From Chloroflexota bacterium (GTDB taxonomy: Bacteria > Chloroflexota > Limnocylindria > Limnocylindrales > CSP1-4): 64,000 bases of DNA. The notes under the pieces were generated by a model. That model was not told the origin of the DNA. It searched no databases and saw only the letters and a list, made by a program, of their open reading frames with translations. A program made the translations under genes and the position numbers. The DNA is taken from positions 84,337 to 148,336 of the forward strand of contig JAUJOH010000005.1 in the NCBI GenBank assembly GCA_030447745.1, written 5' to 3'. Of the stretch, positions 43,953 to 53,180 are shown piece after piece (position 1 is the stretch's first letter; every line of letters starts with the position of its first letter).

Positions 43953-44806
43953 GCCTGGTCAGCGGCGCTGGCGCGGCCCGGACGCGGCGTCGCGGTCCGG
44001 CGGCCGGCTTCGCACGTCGCGGCCGCCGGCTCCTGTTCTACCTGCCCGCCGTCGTCGTGTTCGTGGCCGCGATCGTCGCCTGGGAGGTGGTCGTCACCGC
44101 GCTCGGGCTGCGCACCTTCGTGCTCCCGAAGCCCTCCGCGATCGTGGCCGCGCTCGTCGCGAACTGGAGCGACCCGCGCTTCGGGCTCGCCACCTCGGCA
44201 CGGGCGACGCTCGTCGAGGCGGTCGGCGGGCTCGCGATCGGGACCCTGGCCGGCGTCCTGGTCGCCTTCGCGACGTCGCGCTGGGTGACGGCGCGGGGCG
44301 TCCTGCTGCCGATCGCCGTCGCCGCCAACGCGGTGCCGATCGTCGCGTTTGCACCGCTCATGAACAACTGGTTCGGCGTGCTCAGCCCGCTGTCGAAGAT
44401 GATGATGGCCGCGGTCCTCGTCTTCTTCCCGGTCATGGCAAACGTCACCCGTGGCCTGGTGCAGGTCGAGCCTGCCGCGCTCGAGCTGATGCGCTCGTAC
44501 GGCGCGAGCGAGTGGACCGTCGTCCGGAAGGTGCGGATCCCGAACGCGCTGCCGTACTTCTTCACGGCCCTCAAGCTGGCGACGACGCTGAGCCTGATCG
44601 GTGCCATCGTCGGCGAGTACTTCGGCGGCTCGTCGCTCGTGCTCGGCCGGATCATCGTCCAGAGCGCGAGCGCGCTCCGGTTCGACGTCACGTGGGCCGC
44701 GATCCTGCTCGGCGCCGCAGCCGGGATCGTCCTCTACCTCGCGGTGGTCGGGCTGGAGCGCGTGTTCATCCCGTGGCACGCCTCCGTCCGGAGCAGCGAG
44801 CCGTAG
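43949..44806 (+). CDS. ABC transporter permease (second, paralogous)
   Basis: 285 aa with a GTGA overlap. Contains LELMRSYGASEWTVVRKVRIPNALPYFF. Confidence 0.85.
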   Translation: MSLVSGAGAARTRRRGPAAGFARRGRRLLFYLPAVVVFVAAIVAWEVVVTALGLRTFVLPKPSAIVAALVANWSDPRFGLATSARATLVEAVGGLAIGTLAGVLVAFATSRWVTARGVLLPIAVAANAVPIVAFAPLMNNWFGVLSPLSKMMMAAVLVFFPVMANVTRGLVQVEPAALELMRSYGASEWTVVRKVRIPNALPYFFTALKLATTLSLIGAIVGEYFGGSSLVLGRIIVQSASALRFDVTWAAILLGAAAGIVLYLAVVGLERVFIPWHASVRSSEP

Positions 44807-44850
44807 CCGTCGACGAGCGGAGCACCGTCCGGGATCGAGGCGCGGGCGCC

Positions 44851-44903
44851 CCCGATTGGCGGTATCGTTCCGCCGATTCGGGTCGTGCTCCGGGATCGAG
44901 CAC
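44851..44903 (+). promoter_or_regulatory. Two adjacent stem-loops in the 142-nt leader of the binding-protein gene
   Basis: cccgattggcgg-tatcgtt-ccgccgattcggg (bulged) and gtgctc-cgggatc-gagcac. tccgggatcgag is also directly repeated at 44828 and 44889. Confidence 0.35.
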
Positions 44904-44948
44904 GCGCAACGGGCGGGCCGGCCGCAGCGAGGCAGGAGGAGAGAGCAC

Positions 44949-46151
44949 ATGAAGACCAGGCAGGCCATGGCGCTCGTCGCGTCGGCGCTGTTTGCCGTGA
45001 CGGCGTGTACCCCGGCCGCCAGCCAGCGGCCGTCGGCGTCCGCGGCGGCGTCGGACGCCGCTTCCGAGGCGCCGTCGGGCAGCGGCGACACGTCCGGCTC
45101 GCCAGCGGCGTCCGGTTCGGCCGCGGCGGGCGGCGGCGAGGCGGCGAGCGTGCGGCTCCAGCTCCAGTGGGCGCCGCAGGCCCAGTTCGCCGGCTACTTC
45201 GCGGCCCAGGAGCAGGGGTACTACGAGGCGGAGAACCTGACGGTCGACATCCTCGAGGGCGGTCCGACCGTCGTCCCGCAGCAGGTCGGCTCGGCGCAGG
45301 GCGGCCCCGAGTTCACGATCTCGTGGGTGCCCAAGGTGCTCGAGGCGCGCGAGGCCGGCTCGGACCTCGTGAACATCGCCCAGGTCTTCCAGCGATCCGG
45401 CACGCTGTCCGTCGCGTGGAAGGACAGCGGGATCGACGATCCGTGCGACTTCGAGGGCAAGAAGGTCGGCGTCTGGGACTTCGGCAACGAGTTCGAGGTG
45501 ACGGCGGCGGCCAGCCTCAACTGCGGCCTGGTCGCCGGCGAGGACTACGAGAAGGTCACCCAGCCGTTCGACATGACGCTGCTCCTGTCGCGCCAGATCG
45601 ACGTGGCGGAGGCGATGATCTACAACGAGTACGCCCAGGTCCTCGAGGCGACGAACCCCGAGACGGGCGAGCTCTACAAGGCCGAGGACCTCAACGTCAT
45701 CAACTACAACGACCAGCGCACGGCGATGCTCCAGGACGCCATCTTCGCCCGCAAGTCGTGGCTGGGCGAGGGCAACAACCGCGACGTCGCCGTCCGGTTC
45801 GTGCGCGCCTCGCTGAAGGGCTGGATCTACTGCCGTGACAACCCGGACGACTGCGTCGAGTACACGACGGCAGCCGGCAGCCAGCTCGGGCCGGGCCACC
45901 AGCGCTGGATGATGAACGAGGTCAATCCGCTCATCTGGCCGTCTCCGCTGGGCGTGGGTGTCGTCGACCCGGTCCAGTGGGTCCAGACGGTCCGGGTCGC
46001 GAAGCAGGCCGGCGTCATCAAGGCCGACCCGTCGTTCGACGCCTACGACCCGACCATCGCCGTCGAGGCACTGGCCGGCATGACGGACATGGATGCCATC
46101 GGCGCCGACTTCGAGAGGGGCACCGTCGAGGTCACCCCGGGCGGGAACTGA
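44949..46151 (+). CDS. ABC substrate-binding lipoprotein (NMT1/THI5-like fold)
   Basis: 400 aa. Lipobox LFAVTAC, Ser/Ala-rich linker, LQLQWAPQAQFAGYFAA. aggaggagag upstream of the ATG. Confidence 0.85.
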   Translation: MKTRQAMALVASALFAVTACTPAASQRPSASAAASDAASEAPSGSGDTSGSPAASGSAAAGGGEAASVRLQLQWAPQAQFAGYFAAQEQGYYEAENLTVDILEGGPTVVPQQVGSAQGGPEFTISWVPKVLEAREAGSDLVNIAQVFQRSGTLSVAWKDSGIDDPCDFEGKKVGVWDFGNEFEVTAAASLNCGLVAGEDYEKVTQPFDMTLLLSRQIDVAEAMIYNEYAQVLEATNPETGELYKAEDLNVINYNDQRTAMLQDAIFARKSWLGEGNNRDVAVRFVRASLKGWIYCRDNPDDCVEYTTAAGSQLGPGHQRWMMNEVNPLIWPSPLGVGVVDPVQWVQTVRVAKQAGVIKADPSFDAYDPTIAVEALAGMTDMDAIGADFERGTVEVTPGGN

Positions 46152-46170
46152 TCGCGGGTTGTCGCCGTGC

Positions 46171-46195
46171 GGGCCGGCCCTCGGTGGGCCGGCCC
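46171..46195 (+). terminator. Stem-loop after the ABC operon
   Basis: gggccggccc-tcggt-gggccggccc (10-bp self-complementary arms), 20 nt after the stop. Confidence 0.55.
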
Positions 46196-46385
46196 GTTGC
46201 GTTGCGCGCGCGGCCGCGCGGCGCGCGCGGCGAGCGCGGCCGTGGCCGCCCCGGCGGAGGCCCGCGCAGGGCCCCGCGCGGCGATCGCGGCCGCCCCCGG
46301 CGGCGATCGCGGCCCGCGCGGCGCGCGCTCGGCCCGCGCAATCGCGGCCTCTCATCCGGATCGCGCGCGAGGCCCGCGCGATCCG
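46196..46385. repeat. Almost pure G/C low-complexity tract with reiterated ggcccgcgc and (g/a)atcgcggcc motifs
   Basis: ggcccgcgc starts near 46259, 46311, 46331 and 46370. gatcgcggcc or aatcgcggcc starts near 46283, 46304 and 46339. No credible ORF. Confidence 0.5.
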
Positions 46386-46566
46386 ACCGGGCGTATTCGT
46401 GACAGCGCTATTCCTGGCACATCGAGGGCGACATCGCACCGGCCGCTACGACCCATGGTGCCTCGATGCGCGTCGTCACGCTCAGCGACGCCCCATGGCG
46501 CGGCGCTCGGCCGGATGACGACCGGTTGAGCGCCGGCGAAGTGCTCCGGATAACACTCCCGGCACT

Positions 46567-47109
46567 ATGCGAGTTGCGAAGCGAAGCCGGAGCGCCATCC
46601 AGGGGGACCGAGAGTCCACGCGCCTGGCCGCGACCCTGGGACGGGATGTCAACGGCTCCCGGGAGCGTCTTGGCCTGACGCAGGACGAGCTGGGTAGGCG
46701 CGTCGGCCTTTCGCAGGCGCGCACGAGCGCGGTCGAACGCGGTCTGGGCGGCACGCTGCCGCTGGCATCGTGGGTAGCACTCGGCCTCGCGCTGGAGCGT
46801 CCCCTTGCCGTGTCACTCTCGCGACCGCTGGCCGACGAGCCAGCGCTCGCCGACGCGGGGCACCTTGACATGCAGGAAGCGGTACTCCGGCTGCTCCGCC
46901 CCCACGGCTGGAGCGTCCGCGTGGAGCTCGCGACGCGCCGCGCCGGCCCCGCACACTCGGTGGACGTCGCGGCGAGGACTCGTGACGGGCGGTACCTGCT
47001 CCTCGAGATCTGGAATCGGATCTGGACCGGTCAACCGGGAGGCGGCAGTCTCTCGCGGTCTGGCGGCGTCGTGGCTGGTGCGACCGACCGCTGCGAACCG
47101 CATCCGTGA
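46567..47109 (+). CDS. XRE-family HTH protein; the C-terminal part is probably frameshifted
   Basis: HTH LGLTQDELGRRVGLSQARTSAVERG. A C-terminal nuclease-like block (HSVDVAARTRDGRYLLLEIWNRI) then seems to continue in another frame (SWLVRPTAANR..YPNVF). Sits in a locally lower-GC stretch. Confidence 0.5.
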   Translation: MRVAKRSRSAIQGDRESTRLAATLGRDVNGSRERLGLTQDELGRRVGLSQARTSAVERGLGGTLPLASWVALGLALERPLAVSLSRPLADEPALADAGHLDMQEAVLRLLRPHGWSVRVELATRRAGPAHSVDVAARTRDGRYLLLEIWNRIWTGQPGGGSLSRSGGVVAGATDRCEPHP

Positions 47110-47348
47110 TCGTGCCGGCTACCCGAACGTCTTCCAGGGCCGAAGTAGAACAGCGCGAGGCGGAACGGCCTGGCGACGCATCCGCGCGGGACGAGGTCGA
47201 GAGCGTGTGGGTGCGCGGTCGACGAGCGCCGGGCGACCCAGCCGACACTGTGCCGCCGAGCCGAACCGGCGTGGTGCGTGCTCTCGGCGTGGAGTGCCTC
47301 CACCTCCGCGCTGGCGAACGGACCTCGCCACTCGTACGTCACGTCCAT
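47031..47348 (-). pseudogene. Possible remnant of a GNAT acetyltransferase
   Basis: The N-terminus MDVTYEWRGPFASAEVEALHAE and SVGWVARR look GNAT-like, but the remainder is too short and scrambled. It overlaps the 3' end of the XRE call, so at most one reading is real. Confidence 0.3.
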
Positions 47349-47375
47349 GCCTTCTCCCGTGTCACACGGCAGCGC

Positions 47376-48353
47376 CTACCCGGTCGACGCGGAGGAGACG
47401 GGGACGGGGATCGGTCGGGGATCCGCGGTCGGCCCGTCCGTCCGGGGTCCGTCGACCGTCCACGTCACCCGGTCGAGGCACATCCGGCGCGCCGTCCGTT
47501 CGGGATCCCAGGCGTGGTAGGCGATCCAGTCCTCGCCGTCCGGGCCTGAGACGATCGAGTTGTGTCCGGGGCCCACCAAGCGACCGGGCAGCGAGCGCAG
47601 GAGCGCCGGTCCGGGCCCCGGAGCGTCGACCCACGGGCCGAACACGCCGTCGGCGACGGCCCACGACACCCCGTAGTCCGGCCCCTCCCAGCGCCCGCCG
47701 GAGTAGAGGCACCACAGGCGACCGTGCCGGCGCACCACGAACGGCCCCTCGAGCGTGTGCCAGTCGTAGACCGCGCCGTACATCGGGCGGGCCCGTAGGA
47801 AGACCTGCCACTCCGCGCTCGGCACGAGGACCGGGCGCGGTTCGCCGGCCAGTGTCACGGGGTCGACGAGGCGGTCGACGGCGACCGACGTGCCCACGCG
47901 CGGGCCCTCGAGCACGTCGCGCGCGTAGAACAGGTACCACTGCCCGTCGTCGTCGCGGAACGGGTGCGGATCGATCGCGAAACGCTCGCCCGGCGTGAGC
48001 ACGACGCCGGCATCGGTGAACGGTCCGCCCGGCGCTTCCGCGATGGCCACCCGCAGCACGTGGCCGCGATCCTCGACACCAACCGAGTAGTACATGAAGA
48101 ACCGACCTTCTCGCTCGGTGACCTCGGGTGCCCAGTACCAGTCGGTCGCCCGCGGCTCACGCAGCCGGTCGAGGGCAGGCCCGAGCGAGGTCCAGGTCAC
48201 GAAGTCGGTCGACCGAAGCACCTCGAACACGCGGCGCTCGAGGCTGGCCGTGTTGGTGCCGTACGCGTACCACGCGTCGTCGCGGCGGAGCACGAACGGG
48301 TCGCCGAAGTAGCCATCATGGACCGGGTTCCGGAATGTCTGGCGCTCGCTCAC
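47376..48353 (-). CDS. Glycoside hydrolase family 43-like protein
   Basis: 325 aa from the GTG at 48353. Blocks DPFVLRRDDAWYAYGT, WAPEV, FAIDPHPFRDDDGQWYL, LEGPFVVR, GPGHNS. Confidence 0.8.
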   Translation of the reverse strand: MSERQTFRNPVHDGYFGDPFVLRRDDAWYAYGTNTASLERRVFEVLRSTDFVTWTSLGPALDRLREPRATDWYWAPEVTEREGRFFMYYSVGVEDRGHVLRVAIAEAPGGPFTDAGVVLTPGERFAIDPHPFRDDDGQWYLFYARDVLEGPRVGTSVAVDRLVDPVTLAGEPRPVLVPSAEWQVFLRARPMYGAVYDWHTLEGPFVVRRHGRLWCLYSGGRWEGPDYGVSWAVADGVFGPWVDAPGPGPALLRSLPGRLVGPGHNSIVSGPDGEDWIAYHAWDPERTARRMCLDRVTWTVDGPRTDGPTADPRPIPVPVSSASTG

Positions 48354-48539
48354 GCCGGCCGAGGATAGCCGGGCCGACCGAGCGCCGCCGGACCGCCCGC
48401 GCGACCGCGCACGGAGCGCCCGTTTCGATACCCCTGCAAGGCAGGCCCCGCCACGGGCGCACCGATGGATGGCGGGAACAGCGACGCTTGACGCGCGATG
48501 AGTGCGGCCGGATCCGGCCGTGAACGGGGGGAGCGACGC

Positions 48540-48734
48540 ATGACGGACGATCGAAAACCCGCGGACGCCGCCGAGCGGCGCCCGAACGTCGCCGACGAGC
48601 CGCTCGAGACGGGCCCGCACGGCGCTCCCCAGGCAGCGGACCCGCAGGCGGGCCTGCTCACGGATGATCCGACCCACGACCCCGATGCCGCTCAGCCGCT
48701 CCGGCCGCGGACCGGGGAGCCGTTCGGGCCGTAG
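48540..48734 (+). CDS. Small acidic Pro-rich hypothetical protein (64 aa)
   Basis: ggggggag lies 7 nt upstream of the ATG. Starts MTDD. No family recognised, so coding status is uncertain. Confidence 0.3.
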   Translation: MTDDRKPADAAERRPNVADEPLETGPHGAPQAADPQAGLLTDDPTHDPDAAQPLRPRTGEPFGP

Positions 48735-48793
48735 CACCGGCCTGACCGGAAGAGGCCGAAACGAGGCAACCGCCGCACACCAGGAGAGACACC

Positions 48794-49009
48794 ATGACCG
48801 ACGACCAGGACCCGTCCGCGCCGCAGCCCGGCACGGACGCGGTGACGACCGGGGCGATCGCGGGCACCGGAACAGGTGGCCTCGGGTCCGCCGGCGGGAC
48901 CGACAGCACGCCGCACGTCGGATCGACGCCGACCGCGCTCGAGCTTCCGGACTCGAGCGGCTCGCCGCTCGACGAGGCGGTCGAGCGCGAGGGCGGACCG
49001 CCCGAGTGA
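48794..49009 (+). CDS. Small acidic Gly/Thr/Pro-rich hypothetical protein (71 aa)
   Basis: aggagag lies 6 nt upstream of the ATG. Starts MTDD. Its stop overlaps the sppA GTG (GTGA). Confidence 0.4.
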   Translation: MTDDQDPSAPQPGTDAVTTGAIAGTGTGGLGSAGGTDSTPHVGSTPTALELPDSSGSPLDEAVEREGGPPE

Positions 49010-49863
49010 AGGTCCCCGGTCCCGCGACCGCGTTGTGGCTGGCCCGCCTGGATCGATTGCGCCGGCTGGTGCCCGGCATCCGCAAACCGATCCCGCGCGG
49101 CCGCGTCGCGGTCCTGCGCCTGTACGGGCCGATCGGTGGCGCCGCGCGCACCGCCGAATGGATCGAGCTCGCCAGGCGACTCCGCGAATCGAAACGCGTT
49201 CCGGCCGTCGTCGTCGACATCGATTCGCCGGGCGGCTCCGCCACCGGATCGGACGACCTGTTCCTCGCGCTCGAGCGCCTGGCGGCCAAGAAGCCGCTCG
49301 TCGCGGCGATCCGCGGAACCGGCGCGTCGGGTGCCTACCTGGCGGCGCTCGCCGCGCGCCGCATCGTCGCCAACCCCACGGCGATCGTCGGATCCATCGG
49401 CGTCATCAACGTGGCGCCTCGGCTGCCGGGCCTCCTCGAGCGGGCGGGGGTGACGGTCTCGGAGCACACCGCGGGCCACCTGAAGGGGCTTGGCGCGCCG
49501 TGGCGCGACGAATCGGCGTCCGAGGCCGCGAAGCAGCAGGCGATCGTCGACGGCATCTACGACGCGTTCGTGGCGCGCGTCGCGCGAGGCCGGGGTCTCA
49601 GCCCGGACCAGGCGCGCAAGCTCGCGACCGGCGAGATCTGGCTGGGCAGCGAGGCGCTGGAGCTCGGCCTGATCGACGAGATCGGGGACACGGAGCGGGC
49701 GATCGAGGTTGCGGCGGAGCTGGCCGGCGTCCCGGCCAGGGGAGCGCCGGTCAGGATCCGGCGGCCGCTGCTCGGCCGCCTGCTCGATCGGTTCGCTGCG
49801 CGCGTCGCGACTTCCTTGGCCGACGAGATCGAGATCCGCCTCGGAGATCGCCTCCGGATGTGA
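49006..49863 (+). CDS. sppA: Signal peptide peptidase SppA (36K type, S49 family)
   Basis: 285 aa. Blocks VVVDIDSPGG, GASGAYLAA, GSIGV, GEIWLG.EA.ELGLID. Confidence 0.85.
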   Translation: MKVPGPATALWLARLDRLRRLVPGIRKPIPRGRVAVLRLYGPIGGAARTAEWIELARRLRESKRVPAVVVDIDSPGGSATGSDDLFLALERLAAKKPLVAAIRGTGASGAYLAALAARRIVANPTAIVGSIGVINVAPRLPGLLERAGVTVSEHTAGHLKGLGAPWRDESASEAAKQQAIVDGIYDAFVARVARGRGLSPDQARKLATGEIWLGSEALELGLIDEIGDTERAIEVAAELAGVPARGAPVRIRRPLLGRLLDRFAARVATSLADEIEIRLGDRLRM

Positions 49864-49873
49864 CCGCACGTCC

Positions 49874-50923
49874 TCAGTCGCGCGACCGCGCGTCCACGAC
49901 GGCGAAACCGCGACCGCGGACGAGTGCTGCGAACCCGAGGGCGAGCGCGCCGACAGTCGCAAGCGCCGCGACGCGCGACGCCGTGGCCAGCGACCGTTGG
50001 CGCTGGCTCCAGCCGCCGTGGACGTCCGTCCCGTACGGAACCGGTTCGAAGATGTTGCCCGGGCCGGGCGGTGCCGGCTCCTGGAGGAAGTGATCGCGCT
50101 CGACCATCGCGGAGTACGCGCGCTCGAACAAGCCCGGCATGAGCGTCCGCATGAGCGAGGACGGTGCCGCCATGTCGCCGGCGAACACCTCGCCGCGGGG
50201 ACGTTCCAGCAGGCCGACGATCAGATCGGCGACCAGCTCCGGCTGGTAGAACGGGCGGATCGGCTTGAACGGTCGGCCTGCGTAGTTGCCCGAGTGCTGG
50301 AAGAAGGGCGTGTCGATGGCGGCGGGCATCACGGTGCACACGTGGATGCCGGGTGTCCCGCGCAGCTCCATCCGGAGCGACTGGGAGAAGCCGACGACGG
50401 CGTGCTTCGCCGATGCGTAGGCGGAGTAGTACGGCGCGCCGATCCGACCGGCGAGCGAGGCGACGTTCACGATCGTGCCGCTTCCGGTCCGACGGAACAG
50501 CTCGAGCGCGACGCGCGAGCCGTGGACGACGCCGAAGAAGTTGACGTCGAGCGTGCGGCGGAACGCGTCCGGCGGGAGGTCCTCGAACCGGCCGATCAAC
50601 GAGACCGACGCGTTGTTGACCCAGCCGTCAATCCGGCCGAAGCGGGCGACGGCCGCCTCGGCGAGGGTACGGACCGACGCCTCGTCGGCCACGTCGACGC
50701 CGACCCCGAGCGCCTCGCCTCCGCGCGACCGGCACGCTTCCACGAGGGTCGCGAGCGGCTCCTCGCGGCGGGCCGCGACGACGACGTTCGCGCCGCGCGC
50801 CGCCAGCCGGAGCGCGGTCTCGCGCCCGATCCCGCTCGATGCTCCGGTGACGACGATGGTGGCTCCGGCCAGCTCCAATGGTCGCTCCTCGTGATCCCGG
50901 CGGACTCCGGCCGGGCGTGCCAC
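49874..50923 (-). CDS. Short-chain dehydrogenase/reductase with a C-terminal membrane anchor
   Basis: TGASSGIG, NNAS, YxxxK (YASAK), and a C-terminal TM segment VAALATVGALALGFAAL. Confidence 0.85.
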   Translation of the reverse strand: MARPAGVRRDHEERPLELAGATIVVTGASSGIGRETALRLAARGANVVVAARREEPLATLVEACRSRGGEALGVGVDVADEASVRTLAEAAVARFGRIDGWVNNASVSLIGRFEDLPPDAFRRTLDVNFFGVVHGSRVALELFRRTGSGTIVNVASLAGRIGAPYYSAYASAKHAVVGFSQSLRMELRGTPGIHVCTVMPAAIDTPFFQHSGNYAGRPFKPIRPFYQPELVADLIVGLLERPRGEVFAGDMAAPSSLMRTLMPGLFERAYSAMVERDHFLQEPAPPGPGNIFEPVPYGTDVHGGWSQRQRSLATASRVAALATVGALALGFAALVRGRGFAVVDARSRD

Positions 50924-51040
50924 CGGATCATTCGGTGGGCGGCTCGCGACGCATGCCGACCGGTCCCGACGGAGTCTTGCGGCTGGATTGCACGACGGGC
51001 ACCTCGCGGTCAGCGGCCGCGTCGGCGTGCTGACGCCCGC

Positions 51041-51685
51041 CTACTCCGCCTTCCCCGTCCCGAACTGGCGGTCGCCGGCGTCGCCGAGTCCCGGCATGAT
51101 GTAGCCGCGGTCGTTGAGCTGACGATCCAGCGCCGCACAGTGGATGTGGACGTCCGGGTGCGCGTCGGACACCGCGGCGACGCCCTCGGGTGCCGCGATC
51201 AGGTTGACGAGCTTGATCCGGACGGCGCCCCAGCGCTTGAGGACCTCGATGGCGGCGGTTGCCGAGCCGCCCGTCGCGAGCATCGGGTCGAGGATCAGGC
51301 ACAGGTCGACGGTCGCGGAATCGGGCAGCTTGTTGTAGTACTCGACCGGTCGAAGCGTGCGCTCGTCGCGGAACAGGCCGAGGTGCCAGACCTGGGCCGT
51401 GGGCATCAGCTCGAGCATCGCGTCGACCATGCCGAGACCGGCGCGCAGGATGGGCACCAGCCCGATCCGATCGCCCAGCTCGTGCGCCTCCGTCTCCTCG
51501 AGCGGCGTGCGGACGGTCAGCGGACGGACGCGGGCGTCCCGGAGCGCCTCGTACCCGAGCAGCCACGACAGCTCGCGCACGATCTCGCGGAACTTCTTTG
51601 GCTCCACGCGCTCGTCGCGCAGGATGGCGAGCTTGTGCAGCACGGCCGGGTGCTGCGACACGTGGAGCGTCGGCGGCGCGGACAC
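51041..51685 (-). CDS. upp: Uracil phosphoribosyltransferase
   Basis: [25 protein letters not shown] motif [27 protein letters not shown] at 51685; alternative starts at 51661 and 51757. Confidence 0.9.
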   Translation of the reverse strand: MSAPPTLHVSQHPAVLHKLAILRDERVEPKKFREIVRELSWLLGYEALRDARVRPLTVRTPLEETEAHELGDRIGLVPILRAGLGMVDAMLELMPTAQVWHLGLFRDERTLRPVEYYNKLPDSATVDLCLILDPMLATGGSATAAIEVLKRWGAVRIKLVNLIAAPEGVAAVSDAHPDVHIHCAALDRQLNDRGYIMPGLGDAGDRQFGTGKAE

Positions 51686-51954
51686 GCGACCTCCCGGGTG
51701 CGTCGATCGGGGCGACGCGAGCGCGTCGCGGGGCGGGGAGCCGCCGCCGGGCGACATCGTAGCCGCCGCATTGACGAGCCGTCGCCCGGTCGGTAGCGTC
51801 CGCGGCACGGCCCGGTCGGCCGGTCCTGGAGGGGTGCCGGGTGCCACCGTGGCGTCACCTTGATCGGGTGCTTCGGCCGTGTCTGCTCCCCGGCCCGCGT
51901 CCCGCGGCGCTGGTGCCTCCGACCCCCGATCTCGAGTTCGCCAATGAGTCGCCA

Positions 51955-53118
51955 ATGACAGTACCCGCGCCGCGGCGCCGGACGACGGCCAATGCTCCTC
52001 GCGCCACGGACTCCGCTCGTCGCCCCGTGCGGCGCCGGACCGCCCCACCCGTGCTCGTGCGCCAGGTGCGGAACGGGATCGAGGAGAGCGTCCACCGCGG
52101 GGACATCGTCGAGGTCGACGCCTCCGGCGCCGTACTTCGCGCGCTCGGCGACGCGGACCGCGTCGTCACGCTCCGGAGCAGCGCCAAGCCCTTCGGCGCC
52201 GTCCCGCTCCTGGAGGCGGGTGGGGTCGCGGCGTTCGACCTGTCGCCCGCCGAGATCGCGGTGATGGCCGGCTCGCACTCCGGCGAGGACCTCCACGTCC
52301 GCACCGTGCAGGGGATGCTTCGACGGGCCAACGTCAGCCAGTCGCTGCTTGCCACCGGAACCCACGGCATGCCGCTCGACGAGCTGACGGCGGCCCGGCT
52401 GGCGCGTGACGGCGAGCATCCCAGCACCATCCGCCACATGTGCTCCGGGCAGCACGCCGTCTTCCTCCTGCTGTCCCGGCTTCGCGGGTGGGACCCGACG
52501 GAGTATTGGCGCGAGGCGCACCCCTCGCAGGTCGCGTACCGCGAGGCGATCGCGCGCGCCTTCGGCACGACGCCGGCGCGGCTGGTGACGGCGACCGACG
52601 GCTGCGGCATCGCGACCTTCGCCTTTCCGCTCCGGGAGGTCGCACGGGCGTACGCGATCCTCGCGGACCCGGACAGCTTGTCCGAGACCGACCCCCGGAG
52701 CTCGCTTGCCGGGCCACTCAGGACGATCCGCGACGCGATGCTCGCGCACCCGAACATGGTCGGCGGTACGCGCGACCGTCTCGACACGGCCTTGATGAAG
52801 GCCGCCACGGGGCGGGTGGTGAGCAAGTCGGGCGCAGAGGGACTGCGCGGGCTGGCCATCATCGCGGCGCCCGGCAACGGCGGCCCGGCGCGGGGTCCCT
52901 CGGGGATGGCCATCAAGATCGAGGATGGCGACGGGTACGACCGGGCGGGCTGGGCGGCGGCGACCGAGGCGCTTCGGCAGGCCGGGATGCTCGACGACCA
53001 GTCGCTTCGGGCGCTCGGCCGGTATCACCGCCCGCCGGCGGACGATCCGCACGGCCGTCAGGCCGCCGAGGCGATCCCGGACTTCGAGCTGGCGCCGGTC
53101 CGCGAGCTGATCCGCTAG
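51955..53118 (+). CDS. Asparaginase-II (Rhizobium-type, PF06089-like) family protein
   Basis: Blocks [38 protein letters not shown] and KSGAEG. ATG at 51955. Confidence 0.8.
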   Translation: MTVPAPRRRTTANAPRATDSARRPVRRRTAPPVLVRQVRNGIEESVHRGDIVEVDASGAVLRALGDADRVVTLRSSAKPFGAVPLLEAGGVAAFDLSPAEIAVMAGSHSGEDLHVRTVQGMLRRANVSQSLLATGTHGMPLDELTAARLARDGEHPSTIRHMCSGQHAVFLLLSRLRGWDPTEYWREAHPSQVAYREAIARAFGTTPARLVTATDGCGIATFAFPLREVARAYAILADPDSLSETDPRSSLAGPLRTIRDAMLAHPNMVGGTRDRLDTALMKAATGRVVSKSGAEGLRGLAIIAAPGNGGPARGPSGMAIKIEDGDGYDRAGWAAATEALRQAGMLDDQSLRALGRYHRPPADDPHGRQAAEAIPDFELAPVRELIR

Positions 53119-53180
53119 GGTTCGATGAGGGCCCTCCTTGCCGGCGGGATGGACCCGCAGGACAGGAGACTGCGCCACCG

